A model generated the notes under the pieces. The model was not told where the DNA came from, made no database searches, and saw only the letters and a program-made list of their open reading frames with translations. A stretch of 63,752 nt of DNA, the filler included, from Octopus bimaculoides (Eukaryota): the NCBI RefSeq assembly GCF_001194135.2. It is 12 parts of 10 records of this genome, joined end to end, with 100 filler letters (N's around TTAATTAATTAA, not from the genome) between each part and the next. Parts side by side here need not be neighbours in the genome. Positions count along the whole stretch, not along the records: positions 26,344 to 40,831 come from NC_069000.1; positions 40,932 to 44,292 come from NC_068987.1; positions 44,393 to 52,336 come from NC_069004.1; 9 more parts are not named here. The stretch is one strand, 5' to 3'. The number at the start of each line of letters is the position of its first letter. Positions within the stretch are counted from its first letter, which is position 1. Below are positions 36,441-49,085 of the stretch, piece after piece. The position numbers and the translations under genes are program-made.

Positions 36441-36739
36441 CATANNNNNNNNNNNNNNNNNNNNNNNNNNNNNNNNNNNNNNNNNNNNNNNNNNNNNNNN
36501 NNNNNNNNNNNNNNNNNNNNNNNNNNNNNNNNNNNNNNNNNNNNNNNNNNNNNNNNNNNNNNNNNNNNNNNNNNNNNNNNNNNNNNNNNNNNNNNNNNNN
36601 NNNNNNNNNNNNNNNNNNNNNNNNNNNNNNNNNNNNNNNNNNNNNNNNNNNNNNNNNNNNNNNNNNNNNNNNNNNNNNNNNNNNNNNNNNNNNNNNNNNN
36701 NNNNNNNNNNNNNNNNNNNNNNNTATATATATATATATA

Positions 36740-37000
36740 TTGGATGTTCGATACATATGAAAAAACGTATTAATAACCATTTTTCATCGTTTAGACTTCG
36801 ACATAAAGCTAATAGTACATCTTTATCTAGTAAGATCTGGGAAGTTAAAGAAAGCGGGACTAGATTTAGCCTTAAAGGGGATATAATACGGAGAGCGCAG
36901 CCTTATAGAGATCGTCGGTATGGGTGTAAGGTTTGCTCTATAGAAATTTGTGAGATTTTTAATTATAGAGCAAGAACAACCTGATTAATAATAGATTAGG
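36740..37000 (+). mobile_element. Penelope-like GIY-YIG endonuclease C-terminal fragment
   Basis: RINNHFSSFRLRHKANSTSLSSKIWEVKESGTRFSLKGDIIRRAQPY...CKVCSIEI matches the PLE endonuclease tail. Confidence 0.8.
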
Positions 37001-37225
37001 CCTAAGGGTATCATGTGTGCATAGCATCATCCACACATTTAAGTATTTTCGAAACTAATAATATTACTTTTATCAGACTTGGGATTAAGTGGTGGAAATT
37101 AGCTTCGGTGTCGTATCCTTTATAACTTACCCTCTAATATAGGATGTTATGTTATATGTTATACAGTATAACATATGACATTACATATGTTATATGCTAT
37201 GTATTATGTTATGTGATGTATTATA

Positions 37226-37470
37226 TGGCTCAGTGGTTAGAGCGTCGAGCTAACGATCGTGAGGTTTTTGAGTTCGATTCCTGGACCGGGCTGAGTGTTG
37301 TGTTCTTGAGCAAGACACTTTATTTCACGTTGGTCCAGTTCACTCAGCTGTAGAAATGAGTTGCGACATCATTGGTACCATGCTTTTGCCTTTCCCTTGG
37401 ATAACATCAGTGGTGTGGAGTGGGGAGGCTGGTATGCATGGGCGACTGCTGGCCTTCCACAAACAATCTT
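37226..37470 (+). mobile_element. tRNA-headed SINE (B2-type head, different tail)
   Basis: tggctcagtggttagagc (A box), gagttcgattcc (B box), cttgagcaagacacttta CORE-like segment, then a tail unlike family B. Confidence 0.75.
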
Positions 37471-37811
37471 GTATAGGAGTATATATATATATATATATAT
37501 NNNNNNNNNNNNNNNNNNNNNNNNNNNNNNNNNNNNNNNNNNNNNNNNNNNNNNNNNNNNNNNNNNNNNNNNNNNNNNNNNNNNNNNNNNNNNNNNNNNN
37601 NNNNNNNNNNNNNNNNNNNNNNNNNNNNNNNNNNNNNNNNNNNNNNNNNNNNNNNNNNNNNNNNNNNNNNNNNNNNNNNNNNNNNNNNNNNNNNNNNNNN
37701 NNNNNNNNNNNNNNNNNNNNNNNNNNNNNNNNNNNNNTATATATATGTACACACACATATGTATATATGTATATATATATATATTAATATATCTATATCC
37801 ATTGATCTGTT

Positions 37812-37862
<51 letters not shown>

Positions 37863-38261
37863 CACTATATAATATATAATCAATATGCAGAAAATTTAGA
37901 AATTTCAACAAATTTCAACTTTCTGTTTAGTGTCAAATCAACTGAAATTTGATGTTTGGTGTTTTAAAAGAAAACAATTGTGTCTCAGATAAAAGAGTAC
38001 AATAAAAAGAGCGATCACTTAAGTAAAAAAGTTGGCAGAGCAGTCGAATATTTCGTTGTATTGGATTGCATCTGGCACAGATGTAAGCCCCATCTCCTCT
38101 GTCTCTCTCTCTGTGCTTTATCTATGTTTGTATGTATGTATGTATGTATGTATGTATGTATGTATGTATGTATGTATGTATGTATGTATACAGGTGTGTA
38201 TGGATGTATCTCGCTATCCATTAGTTTAGATACATTTATCTATCTATTTATCTCTCCCTAA

Positions 38262-38321
<60 letters not shown>

Positions 38322-39771
38322 CCTTCTTTCTCTCTCTTTCTCTCTGTCTCTGTCTCCGTCTCTCTCTCTATACATATGTGGATGGAGAGAGAGCGAGAAA
38401 GAGAGAATTTTTCTATAGATTCATGAAGTTAGTGATTGTTGGTTTGAGTGGTAGCCATTTTAACGTCTTTAGTGATTTATAGAAATTCTCTCCATTTACA
38501 CATTTTAAATTTCATTCTTATATTTCATGACGTCATTACAAAAAAACAAAACAAAACAAAATAAAACAAAAACCAATAGCTGTTAAATACAGACGCAATC
38601 TCTCTCCCATTCTCTTTCTTTCACACACACCTTCTCTCTTTATATATTTAGTTTAGAGTTATTCAAGGCGGTGTGTGATAATACTTTCGTCAGTCGTAGG
38701 TACTTGAGAATGCGATCTAAGACTTGAAATAAAGTTGCAATCAAAACTTCTTTTGAAAACACACACACACACACATGCATATCTTTTACTCTTTTACGTC
38801 TTTCAGCCTAAGGGCTGCGGCCAAGCTGGGGCAGTGTCAGGAGTATCATCGCCTTTTGAATGGGTATTTCTATATGATTGGCTTTTAGCGAAGGAAGGAA
38901 TTTGATACTACAACCAAAGCCCGAATTTCTTGCCGTGCTGTACTCCCTCACACATATAGATATATATGCATATATATATATATNNNNNNNNNNNNNNNNN
39001 NNNNNNNNNNNNNNNNNNNNNNNNNNNNNNNNNNNNNNNNNNNNNNNNNNNNNNNNNNNNNNNNNNNNNNNNNNNNNNNNNNNNNNNNNNNNNNNNNNNN
39101 NNNNNNNNNNNNNNNNNNNNNNNNNNNNNNNNNNNNNNNNNNNNNNNNNNNNNNNNNNNNNNNNNNNNNNNNNNNNNNNNNNNNNNNNNNNNNNNNNNNN
39201 NNNNNNNNNNNNNNNNNNNNNNNNNNNNNNNNNNNNNNNNNNNNNNNNNNNNNNNNNNNNNNNNNNNNNNNNNNNNNNNNNNNNNNNNNNNNNNNNNNNN
39301 NNNNNNNNNNNNNNNNNNNNNNNNNNNNNNNNNNNNNNNNNNNNNNNNNNNNNNNNNNNNNNNNNNNNNNNNNNNNNNNNNNNNNNNNNNNNNNNNNNNN
39401 NNNNNNNNNNNNNNNNNNNNNNNNNNNNNNNNNNNNNNNNNNNNNNNNNNNNNNNNNNNNNNNNNNNNNNNNNNNNNNNNNNNNNNNNNNNNNNNNNNNN
39501 NNNNNNNNNNNNNNNNNNNNNNNNNNNNNNNNNNNNNNNNNNNNNNNNNATATATATATATATATATAATTATATGTATTTCTTCTATCTTAATGAATAA
39601 AAATTCTTCGGATAGAATAAATGGGTTAATAGAAACCAATGTAGCAAAGAACACAAAATAACTGTGGTTTAGTTCCTGTTTTTAAGGCAGGAACTCCTTG
39701 AAATTTTGGGTATTTGAGTATATTTAAAAATTTAAGGAATGGAGAAAACGCATGTTATAATTGCATACTTT

Positions 39772-39857
39772 ATTCCTACATATGTTTCAAAGGATTACAA
39801 CCTGTGTGATCCATAGGGATCTTTGATATTAAAATTGTAACCTTCTCTTCAGGGAAT
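39772..39857 (-). ncRNA. Type-I hammerhead ribozyme candidate with long stem II
   Basis: Minus strand AUUCC-CUGAAGA-GAAGGUUACAA...UUGUAAUCCUUU-GAAAC-AUAU-GUA^GGAAU. Perfect 5-bp stem I, intact core, palindromic ACAUAUGU, 11-bp basal stem II plus a GAUCC/GGAUC apical hairpin. Confidence 0.8.
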
Positions 39858-40683
39858 GCATGGGAATCATCTTAAACGTAAGACATTATGACCGATTATC
39901 ATAATCGGTCATAAGGGCCAATTTATGGTGGATGAGAATTTTATATATATATATATTTGACAAGCTCTGAAATCAAATGCACGTGTAGCGTATTATTTCT
40001 TCTTGCATTGTTCTATGACTTGGTTTATTAGGTCACTTGAATAGATATTGCTGACTAGCGTTTGTTTAATTCTTTAGATCCCCTTATCCTGTGCTTCGTT
40101 TGTAGAGGGAGAGAGAGAGAGAGTAACTAAATGCTCTTCGTAGTTTTATTACCGTCATTTTGTATCTGTATAGACATTGGCTGTCACGAACTAAGCGTAT
40201 GAGAATGTTCGTGTCGCTAATATAAGCAGATGTAACATAACTGTCGTTTTCTATTTGAACCTTTATAATGTAAAAAACAAACTTTTTTTCTATTGCGAAG
40301 TGATATTTTCCTACAGTTGTAGATGGTGAAATTTTGTACGAAATTCTTACCTAGTCCTCCTCGACGCCATTGATGGGGCCATTATGACGAATAGGTCGTT
40401 CACGTGCCTAAAATATATCGTACCTTATATCTTGCTTTCATCGAAACCGTGGGCTCTGGATAGTATAAAGATACGCCTGTTATACAGTAGACTTATACAT
40501 TTCTTAGTAGGCAAACTCTTATCGAATGGGGTCGTAATTTTGATTGCTTGTGTACATTATTTATAACAGTTTCTTGTGTTACTATTCTGGGAAGATTGGT
40601 GACAGACATTCTATGTCTATAAAGACACACACATACACGCATGTATATATGTATGTGTGAATGTCTATCCATTCAGATACCAA

Positions 40684-40728
<45 letters not shown>

Positions 40729-40931
40729 ATGCATACATATACATAGACATATACATATACATACATGCATACATACAAACATACACATGCATACATGTGT
40801 ATAAATACATATATGTATATATGTATATATANNNNNNNNNNNNNNNNNNNNNNNNNNNNNNNNNNNNNNNNNNNNTTAATTAATTAANNNNNNNNNNNNN
40901 NNNNNNNNNNNNNNNNNNNNNNNNNNNNNNN

Positions 40932-40974
<43 letters not shown>

Positions 40975-41165
40975 GTGCGCATCTGTGTGTATATGGCGAT
41001 TGTATATTTGAATATAAAGAGAAAATGGAGTACTATGTACCAACTCATCTGATGTCTAAGAGACTTGTCAGTTCAATGCAATCGCTTGTTAGTAAAGTTT
41101 ATTGATTCTGTCTTTAACTATTATATCCGCTCAGTTAAATTCCATACTTTGCAAGGTTGTATACG

Positions 41166-41196
<31 letters not shown>

Positions 41197-41197
41197 A

Positions 41198-41241
<44 letters not shown>

Positions 41242-42844
41242 AACAAAAGTACATGTATGTATTCATTTATACTCAAGTACACACTTTTCAGACATACGTA
41301 CGTGCATAGTTATGCATGTACATACATATACATATATAAGTGTGTGTATGACTATTTGTGTATTTATGCATATATAGTATGTGTTCAAATGTGTGTGTAT
41401 TGATATATATATATATATACACATACATATATTTATATGTACATATATATGTATGTATAAACACATATGTACATGCGTACGTGCGTTCACATGCTCCACT
41501 AAATGGTTGCAGTTTTCAACAGTCCTTCTAGATGTCTCAGCCTTGTTTCTTCTTTACCCTTGCATATACGAACAAGCCGCGTAATGAATCCGTGCTGCAC
41601 TTGTTTTTATAATTGGTTTTTACAGGCTGGTTTTTCGGCGTCAAGTAGTTACTGTGTCTATGTTTGTTGTTGTTGTAGCATTTCATTCCAACAAGCGACA
41701 ATACATACATTTTTTCAGTGAACAGGTCGCGGTTTCAAAGCGACGAAAATATTTTGGCAAATTCAATTTAAATGTTGAAGTGAATCTAACGGTTTTTGTG
41801 TTTTTAAATGGTTTATAAACACCTTCCTTGCTGCATTTGTTTTTGTTTCAGCTCACAATCTCAGATCAGATCACTTGCTATGCAAGTACATCGCCGTAAT
41901 ATAAATATAAACATTTATACATACTATACTAACACAGCGTATCCACAGAGCGTATAGAAATGTTTCACACTCATAAATCCATGAAAGAATTTCTATCTTG
42001 TTCATCTCAGCCACGTGTGTATAACCAAACTAATTCAGCACTGAATATATTCCGGTTTAATAGTTATCAATTCAATATAAAGATAAAATCTATATAACAT
42101 TTTATCAAGTAGCTAGCGTGTAAAAGCATACATGGTTGTATAAGTGTGAACATACTCTGTGGATACGTTGTGTTCGTATGGTATGTAGAAGTGTTTATAT
42201 TTTTTATATTTCTGGTTATCTTTGACGAGTGTAGGGCGCGTTACAGTGCTGACCATGAAATCGTTTTGAAATACAGCTGAACCTTTGCCGCACCGCACCG
42301 ATAACCAGCTGGCGGAAGATCTGCTGGGGTTAAACTTGTAGTAACATGGAACAGCCGCTTTGATGTGGCGATTAACTTTGCTTGTCTGTATAGTCACACC
42401 TCTGACAACTCTTCTTGGGATTGTACAACCAACTATTTTGCTTGTACATATATATGTGTGTGTATGGTGTATAGGTGTGTGTGTGTGCGCGCGTGTGTGT
42501 GTGTGTGTCTGAAATTTGAACTCAGGTCGCAGAGATCTGCAACAAATACCGTAAGGCACTCGATCCTACGTGCTTGCATTTCCACCAGTCTACCACGCTG
42601 GATTTCTTTTTCCTTATAAACTACAAAACGTTAAAAAAGCGAAGTTGACCTCGGTAGGATTTGAAATCAGATCGTAGGGAGCCAGAACATATAGCGCGAG
42701 CTATGCTGTACAACGTTGTTTTTTTTTTATGCGCCCTTTTAAAGCCTAACCAGGCTCATATGCCCGGATTCCCGGTTTCTATGGCGTATGTATTCCTCTC
42801 CCCCCCCCCAGCTGGACGGGACGCCAATCCATCGCAGTGTTACT

Positions 42845-43025
42845 CAAGAAACAGGAAGAAAGAGTGAGAGAAAGTTGGGGTGAAAGAGTACAACAGGGGT
42901 CGCCACCACCCCCTACCCGAGCCTCGTGGAGCTTTAGGTGTTTTCGCTCAATAAACACACACAACGCCCGGTCTGGGAATCGAAACCGCGAATCCGCTGC
43001 CCTAACCACTGGGCCATTGTGCTTC
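42845..43025 (-). mobile_element. Family B SINE head joined to a different tail (42745-42845)
   Basis: 5' half matches 20800-20987. It continues into cagctggacgggacgcc..tccatcgcag-type sequence, related to 29745-29770, rather than the B tail. Confidence 0.75.
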
Positions 43026-44005
43026 GACGTTCAACGTTGTAACGACTCAAAATATCGTGGCTCTACGTAGCAAATCGAGTGGTTACGTAAAATCTCCTTC
43101 GTCGGTTCATCTGCCAAGTATATAACATTCTCATATATTTACAGACTATGAACCATCGTTTTTCAATGGTAAGTGTATCAGCTACATTGAACATTTCTTA
43201 TTTCATAACACTTCTAAAAACCCATTGAATCCATTCTACATCAGAATTTATAGCAATCTGAAATATATTAGATGATGATATTATTCCATCATTTAATGAC
43301 TTACGAAACAATAAAGTTCATTTCGGTTAACAAAACACCCCCAAGATAACGACAGTTACAAAATTCACTGCGTTTTACACGGTAATACAAACCATAAACC
43401 GAAAGCAATAGCTGGTGTTGAGTTTTATGTGAACAATATATTTACATTTATAAGGGTTTACTACTTATGCGGGAGCTATAGAACTTATAAATTAGACTTC
43501 AGCGTTGATCAGTGGATACCTACTATTTCAGGAAGAAATGAGAGAAGCAATTTCTGCAGACAACAAACATGTATAGCTTGTGATGGATGGTTAGCTATCA
43601 TCTACATTAAACAAATACAATAACACTTAATGCTAAGAATCAAATAGCTGTTGGATGTATACGATCATGCGATTGATGTAGGTTAGCAAAAGTCAGGATT
43701 AGCCAGAGATTTGAATCGATATTAAAAAAAAATAAATAAAAAAAAAATTTAATCTGCTTTCGTCCACGGCTGGTATAGAGTCTGTGTATGTTTTGATACA
43801 TTCTGCAAGATTGGAAATCTATGGCATGTACTTGTTTACTTCTTCGACTGTACTGTAACGCTATGCTTGTGCTAATGCTTGTGAATGCGAATGTATGCAT
43901 GGGTGGCCGAATGGTGAAAGCATTTCTTACACAGTCATGGAACCAGTAACTCGGACCACCTGCAAGACACCATAATGCGTAATTTTGTATAACAACAACA
44001 ATGAT

Positions 44006-44084
<79 letters not shown>

Positions 44085-44157
44085 CCACAGCACATACCAA
44101 AGGCACACAGAGCTGCGCTCGGTAGTGAAGTGAAAGCACGTTATAAAAATAAAACTA

Positions 44158-44165
<8 letters not shown>
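44085..44165 (+). mobile_element. Short retroelement 3' terminus embedded in (AAT)n
   Basis: About 80 bp unique segment ending aaaataaaactactg followed by (AAT)n and preceded by (AAT)n. Confidence 0.55.
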
Positions 44166-44200
<35 letters not shown>

Positions 44201-44202
<2 letters not shown>

Positions 44203-44292
44203 CTAGGGGTAATTGAAGGGGACAATATCAAGCACTCAGTGATGAGGGAAAGGATCAGAAGAGAATGTTATCGCAGGGTGAGAGCAATACTG
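44201..44292 (+). mobile_element. R4/Dong-like RT fragment, 5'-truncated at an (AAT)n array
   Basis: LGVIEGDNIKHSVMRERIRRECYRRVRAIL resembles R4/Dong YKYLG..E...I.H..MK..I.KEY.RR.R.IL. Runs into a gap. Confidence 0.7.
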
Positions 44293-44449
44293 NNNNNNNN
44301 NNNNNNNNNNNNNNNNNNNNNNNNNNNNNNNNNNNNTTAATTAATTAANNNNNNNNNNNNNNNNNNNNNNNNNNNNNNNNNNNNNNNNNNNNGGGGGGTT
44401 GTGCATGTTAGTGACATTGCAGACTGTTGTCGTTCAATCATTGTCATCG

Positions 44450-44700
44450 TCATCATCATTCTTATGGTCATCATAATCATAATCATTGTCGTCATCGCTA
44501 TTGTCCATCATCCTCGTCATCATCATCTTTGTTGTCCTCGTCCTCCTCCTCATCATCAAATGTTCACTTTTCCTTGCTTGCATGGGTCAGAGAGAATTTT
44601 GTTGAGGTGGATTTTCTATAGCCGGAAGCCTTTACCTGTCATCAACCCTCGCCTGTTTCCAGGTAAGATTCCCACCCCACGCACCCGAGGATAAGACATG
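44450..44700 (-). mobile_element. RTE-type tail with (GAT)n
   Basis: Reverse complement of the 46200-46380 tail (ccatgcaagcaaggaaaagtg...). Confidence 0.7.
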
Positions 44701-44847
44701 GTTTTCACAGAAGACTGGAAATGACCAACATTGTCTCTACGTGAGTGATGCTTACTTGCAACCATCACATGATGTCTAGACAAGGGTACACGCGCGCGCA
44801 CGCAGACACATGCACACTCACACACATGCGCATGTGTGTGCCACCAT

Positions 44848-45240
44848 GGGCAACTGATTTCTGCTATAGCCCTGGGCTGATCAATGCCTCATAAATGAAT
44901 TTGGAAGATGGAAATTGTGAAGAAGCCCATTGTGTGTGTGAATGTGTATGTGTGTATGAATGTGTGTGCATGCACATGTGTCTGAATGCATGTATGTGTA
45001 CATGTGTGTGTGTTTGAATGTGTATGTGTATGTATATATGTCTTTGTATTTGAGTTATTTTTGTCCCTCACCACAGTTTGACAGCTTATGTTGGTTTGTT
45101 TACATCCCCATAGCAATTCAGTAAAAGTGACCAATAGAATATATACCAGTTTCTTTTTTTTTTTTCTTCAAAAAATAATCCTCGGTTTGATTTGTTTGAC
45201 CAAACTCTTGAAGGCAGTGCTCCAGCATTGTCACAGGCCA
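44848..45240 (+). mobile_element. Family A SINE, decayed
   Basis: ctatagccctgggctgatc...gaagaagccc, (TG)n middle, tttacatcccc...gtgctccagcat. Confidence 0.7.
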
Positions 45241-45884
45241 ATGATAAATCTCCCCCGCATGCATCTGATGCTGGATAAACAGGTTTTCTTTTTTGAAAGT
45301 TTTCCCTTCCTCCGGCCAGCATCCGTCCAATCATCTCCCCCCCACATCGTAACTCACTCAAGCAGAATATCTGATGCTGCTATTCGTACCCCCAGATCCA
45401 AAGCACGTATCGATCAACTATGATCAATGGTGTGATATGATATTGACCAGCGGCTGGTTGAAACGGCAGAGCATCGCATTTTAATATTGAACAATGCTTA
45501 GATCTCAATGTTTGAGTTGATTTTAGCTTTCATTTTTTACAAGGTTTTTACTCAGTAGTCATGTCTCTGTCAATAGTAAATGTATTTTTGTTACAAATCT
45601 GATCGCCCAGGTTATTTTGGATCAATATTCCATCACTGGTTATAACTTGGGGGTCAATACTATGTACTTGATGTCAGTTTATACAAAACTGAGTTATACC
45701 TAATCAATATTCGGATCAATATTATGCACTTGGTGTTTGTTTATAAGTTGGTGAGTTATGTCTGAAAACAGTTTGTCATTCTGTCATTATTACGTGGTGT
45801 TAATAGCACGAGACTCAAATGAACCAGGATTCTTTCTGCAACTAAATCAGTAACTGTGTTCCATGCCAAGAACATGGAAATGGC

Positions 45885-46380
45885 TGTAGGTGTGGCCGTG
45901 TGGTAAGAATTTTGCTTCCTATCTACAAAGTTTCAGGTTCAGTCAGCCTTTTTGGGCAAGTGTTTTCTATGACCTGGGGTCAACCAAAGCCTTGTGACTG
46001 ATTTTGATAGATGAAAACTGAAAGAAGCCCATCATCTATATGTGTGTGCGTGCACATGTTTGTGTGTGTATGTGCATGCAGAGGAGTTGTTTGGATGGCT
46101 GTAGACGTGTCACTGTCTCCTGGTCTTGACTTTGTGTGACAGATGTAAATGAGTGTCACCCTCATGCAGGCGGTGTCCTTTGCTTCTGCCCTTCCATGGA
46201 ACCATCTCTGGCCATGGGGAAATATTACCTTTATTAGAAGCAGGTGAGTGTTGGTGACAGGAAGAGCATCCAGCCATAGAATATCCACATCAACAAATTC
46301 CATCTGATCCATGCAAGCAAGGAAAAGTGGACGTTAAAACAATGTTAATGATGATATTGATGATGATGATGGATTTGACT
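45885..46380 (+). mobile_element. Chimeric SINE: family A head plus RTE-like 3' tail
   Basis: Head gtggccgtgtggtaagaattttgcttcc. Tail aggaagagcatccagc...ccatgcaagcaaggaaaagtggacgttaaa followed by (GAT)-like repeats, shared with the RTE 3' end at 18100-18260. Confidence 0.7.
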
Positions 46381-47059
46381 GATATGAACAATAGCCATGG
46401 CCAAAATTATAATTGAGCACCTAATTATGTTTTTTATTGGTAAGTCAGCAGTGGTGGAGGGGGAGGGCCTATGACTTACTTTCCATTTACAAGGACTGGT
46501 GGAGAGAGAGAGAGAGAGAGAGAGATACAGAGAGTGTGTCTTCTAATCAGGAGCCTGGCATGAACGCTTGATCCTCACATAGCTCAGGGTCCCCAACTCA
46601 GTACCAAATCAGGCTGATATTAATTCTGATGTGCATAAGCGTCCTTTAGAACCTCACTCATAACCTAATCAGTAAATATACTTGCAGTACATAAGAGGTT
46701 ATGACTCAACCAGTAGCTTAGCCATACCACTCAGAAAATAACGTTTTTTTTTAGTGTTGAAGTCACGTGTACATTTATCTTTAACTTACCAGAAACACTT
46801 CTTCACATAGATTTTTATCTAAAAAAAGATGTTGTAAAACTTAAATCAGCTTATTTCATTGAAAAGACAAGACATTTGTACTATATGACCAACAATCATG
46901 GTTTGCTTCTCAAAGCACTGAATACGAAACTAATGATGTTAACTCTGTATTTCAGAACAATGAGTCATGTTTAAGTGGTTCATTTCTGAGAAGAAAAAAG
47001 AAAAAACACAAACCTTTCTGGAAACTTCTTATGTTCGGTTCAGGATATTTACTTCTTTT

Positions 47060-47340
47060 ATTGTTTACTTGTTTCATTCATTAGACTGTGGCCATGCTGG
47101 GGCACCGCTTTGAATATTTATTTCTTTATCTTTTACTTCATTCAGCTATAGGTCTGTGGCCATGCTGGAGTACCATATTGAAGGGATTAGTTGGACAAAT
47201 CGACCCCCCCCCCACTACCTTTTTCTTTTTTTAAAATCTGGTACTTTATTCTATTCATCTCTTTTTGTCAGACCTGTAAATTACAGGTACGGGGACATAA
47301 ACAAACCATCACTAGTTGTCAAGTGGTGACAGGGACAAAC
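47060..47340 (-). mobile_element. Family A SINE 3' parts (duplicated terminus)
   Basis: Two copies of tt.cattcat...gtggccatgctgg.g.acc followed by the rest of the A 3' half in reverse. Confidence 0.7.
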
Positions 47341-47894
47341 TGATGAGATACAAGCAATTTGGGATGATTTTAGTCATAAATCAATGATGGTGGCTGATTG
47401 ACAGGATGACTAAGGGATGGACTTCAACTGAAAAATGACAGACTGATGAGGATGACAACGGCAATGAGGATGATGGTGGTGGTGGTGGTAGTGGTGGTGG
47501 TGATGATGATTATGATGATGATCTTGCAGCTGATGGTGATTTGGGTTATGATGACGATGACAACGACTCCTACTTACCTGCTGACTTACACACTTTTAGC
47601 TGATCACATTAGTGATGGTGATGATGATGATTAATGCTGGTACAATGGTGTTGTTGGTGGTGGTGGTGGTGTTTTTAGTGATGACGATGATGATGATGCC
47701 ACTGATGCTCTTGACTATGAGTCATACATACCTGTTGACATACATTCATTCACCTGATCTCGCATTAGTGATGCTGCTGCTGCTGATGATGGTAAAAATT
47801 CAAGCCAAGCTCATTGTCATTTCCAAACAAATCCTTATTTAGTAGTAGTAGTAGTAGTAGTAGTAGCAGCAGTTGTAGTAGCGGTAGTAGTCAT

Positions 47895-48125
47895 ACATTT
47901 TAATTTTGGCACAAGGTTAATAATTTTGAGGGGAGGGGGAAAGTTGGTTATACTGACTCCAGTGCTTTACTGGTACTTCATTTCATTGACCTCTCCCCAC
48001 TCGCCGAAAAGATGAAAGGCTAAGTTGATCTTGGTGAGATTTGAACTCGGAATGTAAAGAGTCAGAAGAAATGCTGCTGACCATTTTGTCCAACGCACTA
48101 ACAATTCTACCAGCTCACTACCTTA
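47895..48125 (-). mobile_element. Family C SINE
   Basis: ggcacaagg...actggtactt...gatgaaaggc.aagttga...atttgaactc. Confidence 0.75.
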
Positions 48126-48138
48126 ACAGTAAATAATG

Positions 48139-48179
<41 letters not shown>

Positions 48180-48405
48180 TTTGAGCGGGATGGGCTACTC
48201 AACATGTAGAAAATTCTAACTGGGCCCCACCTGCGAGGTCATGCGCTGTTTATCTTGATATGAGATCACCATGTCGTGCACATGTGGTTGTGATGCATGT
48301 GCCTGGTGTACCCTTATCAGATGGGTAGTCATGATGGGTATACTGGGCTTCGTATATTTTACCCCAGTGTCACTTTGATGGCATGCACTGCTCTCTCACT
48401 CGATA
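48180..48405 (+). mobile_element. Probable retroelement 3' end flanked by (AAT)n on both sides
   Basis: About 225 bp unique segment ending ctctctcactcg, then (AAT)n(AAG)n(AAC)n; upstream flank also (AAT)n. No coding motif seen. Confidence 0.5.
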
Positions 48406-48417
48406 ATAATAATAATG

Positions 48418-48512
<95 letters not shown>

Positions 48513-48572
48513 AAGAAGAAGAAGAAGAAGAAGAAGAAGAACAACAACAACAACAACAAGAACGGCAACAAC
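48405..48572. repeat. (AAT)n-(AAG)n-(AAC)n compound microsatellite
   Basis: Directly visible. Confidence 0.95.
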
Positions 48573-48799
48573 AAATTATATCAAATACAGAATAGACAAC
48601 ACATCAGAAAGTGATAAGTGCACTTGCTGGCGTTGTGCCAAAGTTTGAAACCAATATGGATGAAGGGATTCTAACCCTAATCCTAACCCTTACCACAAAA
48701 CAAGGGTCACTGCCAGTGGTCCATCTAGAATGTGTGTCACTCAGAGCAAGCTTTGAGTTTGCTTCCTCTGCCATTCCTGCCCCCTATTACAGGCTTATG

Positions 48800-49085
48800 C
48801 AGCAGATTCAAAAGTGCTGCCTGAGGTGGACTGCCTCCAGTGCACCCCTTAGTTGCACTACTGGTCACTACATATTAGTAGTGGACATTAAAATCCCCTT
48901 TAGGGGTCCAGTCACTGAAGCACACACGAGTGGGAAATAGGTCAGCCGAGTTGCTAAAAGTAAGTTGGAGCAAGTCAGTGATGTTTCGAAATGGACGGTG
49001 GGTCAGCTGGACGAGGTGTGTGAGACACAAACTCAATTGGTCAAGCCAACAATGCTGGTTGACTTGTTGTAACATGTTACGCATC
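48800..49085 (-). mobile_element. Possible AP-endonuclease remnant of a CR1/L2-like LINE
   Basis: LTHLVQLTHRPFRNITDLLQLTFSN and GDFNVH motifs, though not in canonical order. Confidence 0.4.

Noticed and set aside
37226-37290. tRNA-like sequence with good A and B boxes
   Set aside because: No acceptor stem closure, and it continues into a SINE body. Treated as a SINE head, like the other tRNA-like heads.
42113-42559. 148-aa minus-strand ORF
   Set aside because: It begins in a SINE and crosses a (CA)n tract, and the remainder has no recognisable domain or splice signals.
46954-47082. AG-preceded short open frame (NNESCLSGSFLRRKKKKHKPFWK...)
   Set aside because: No convincing donor, it runs into a SINE end, and there is no recognisable homology.
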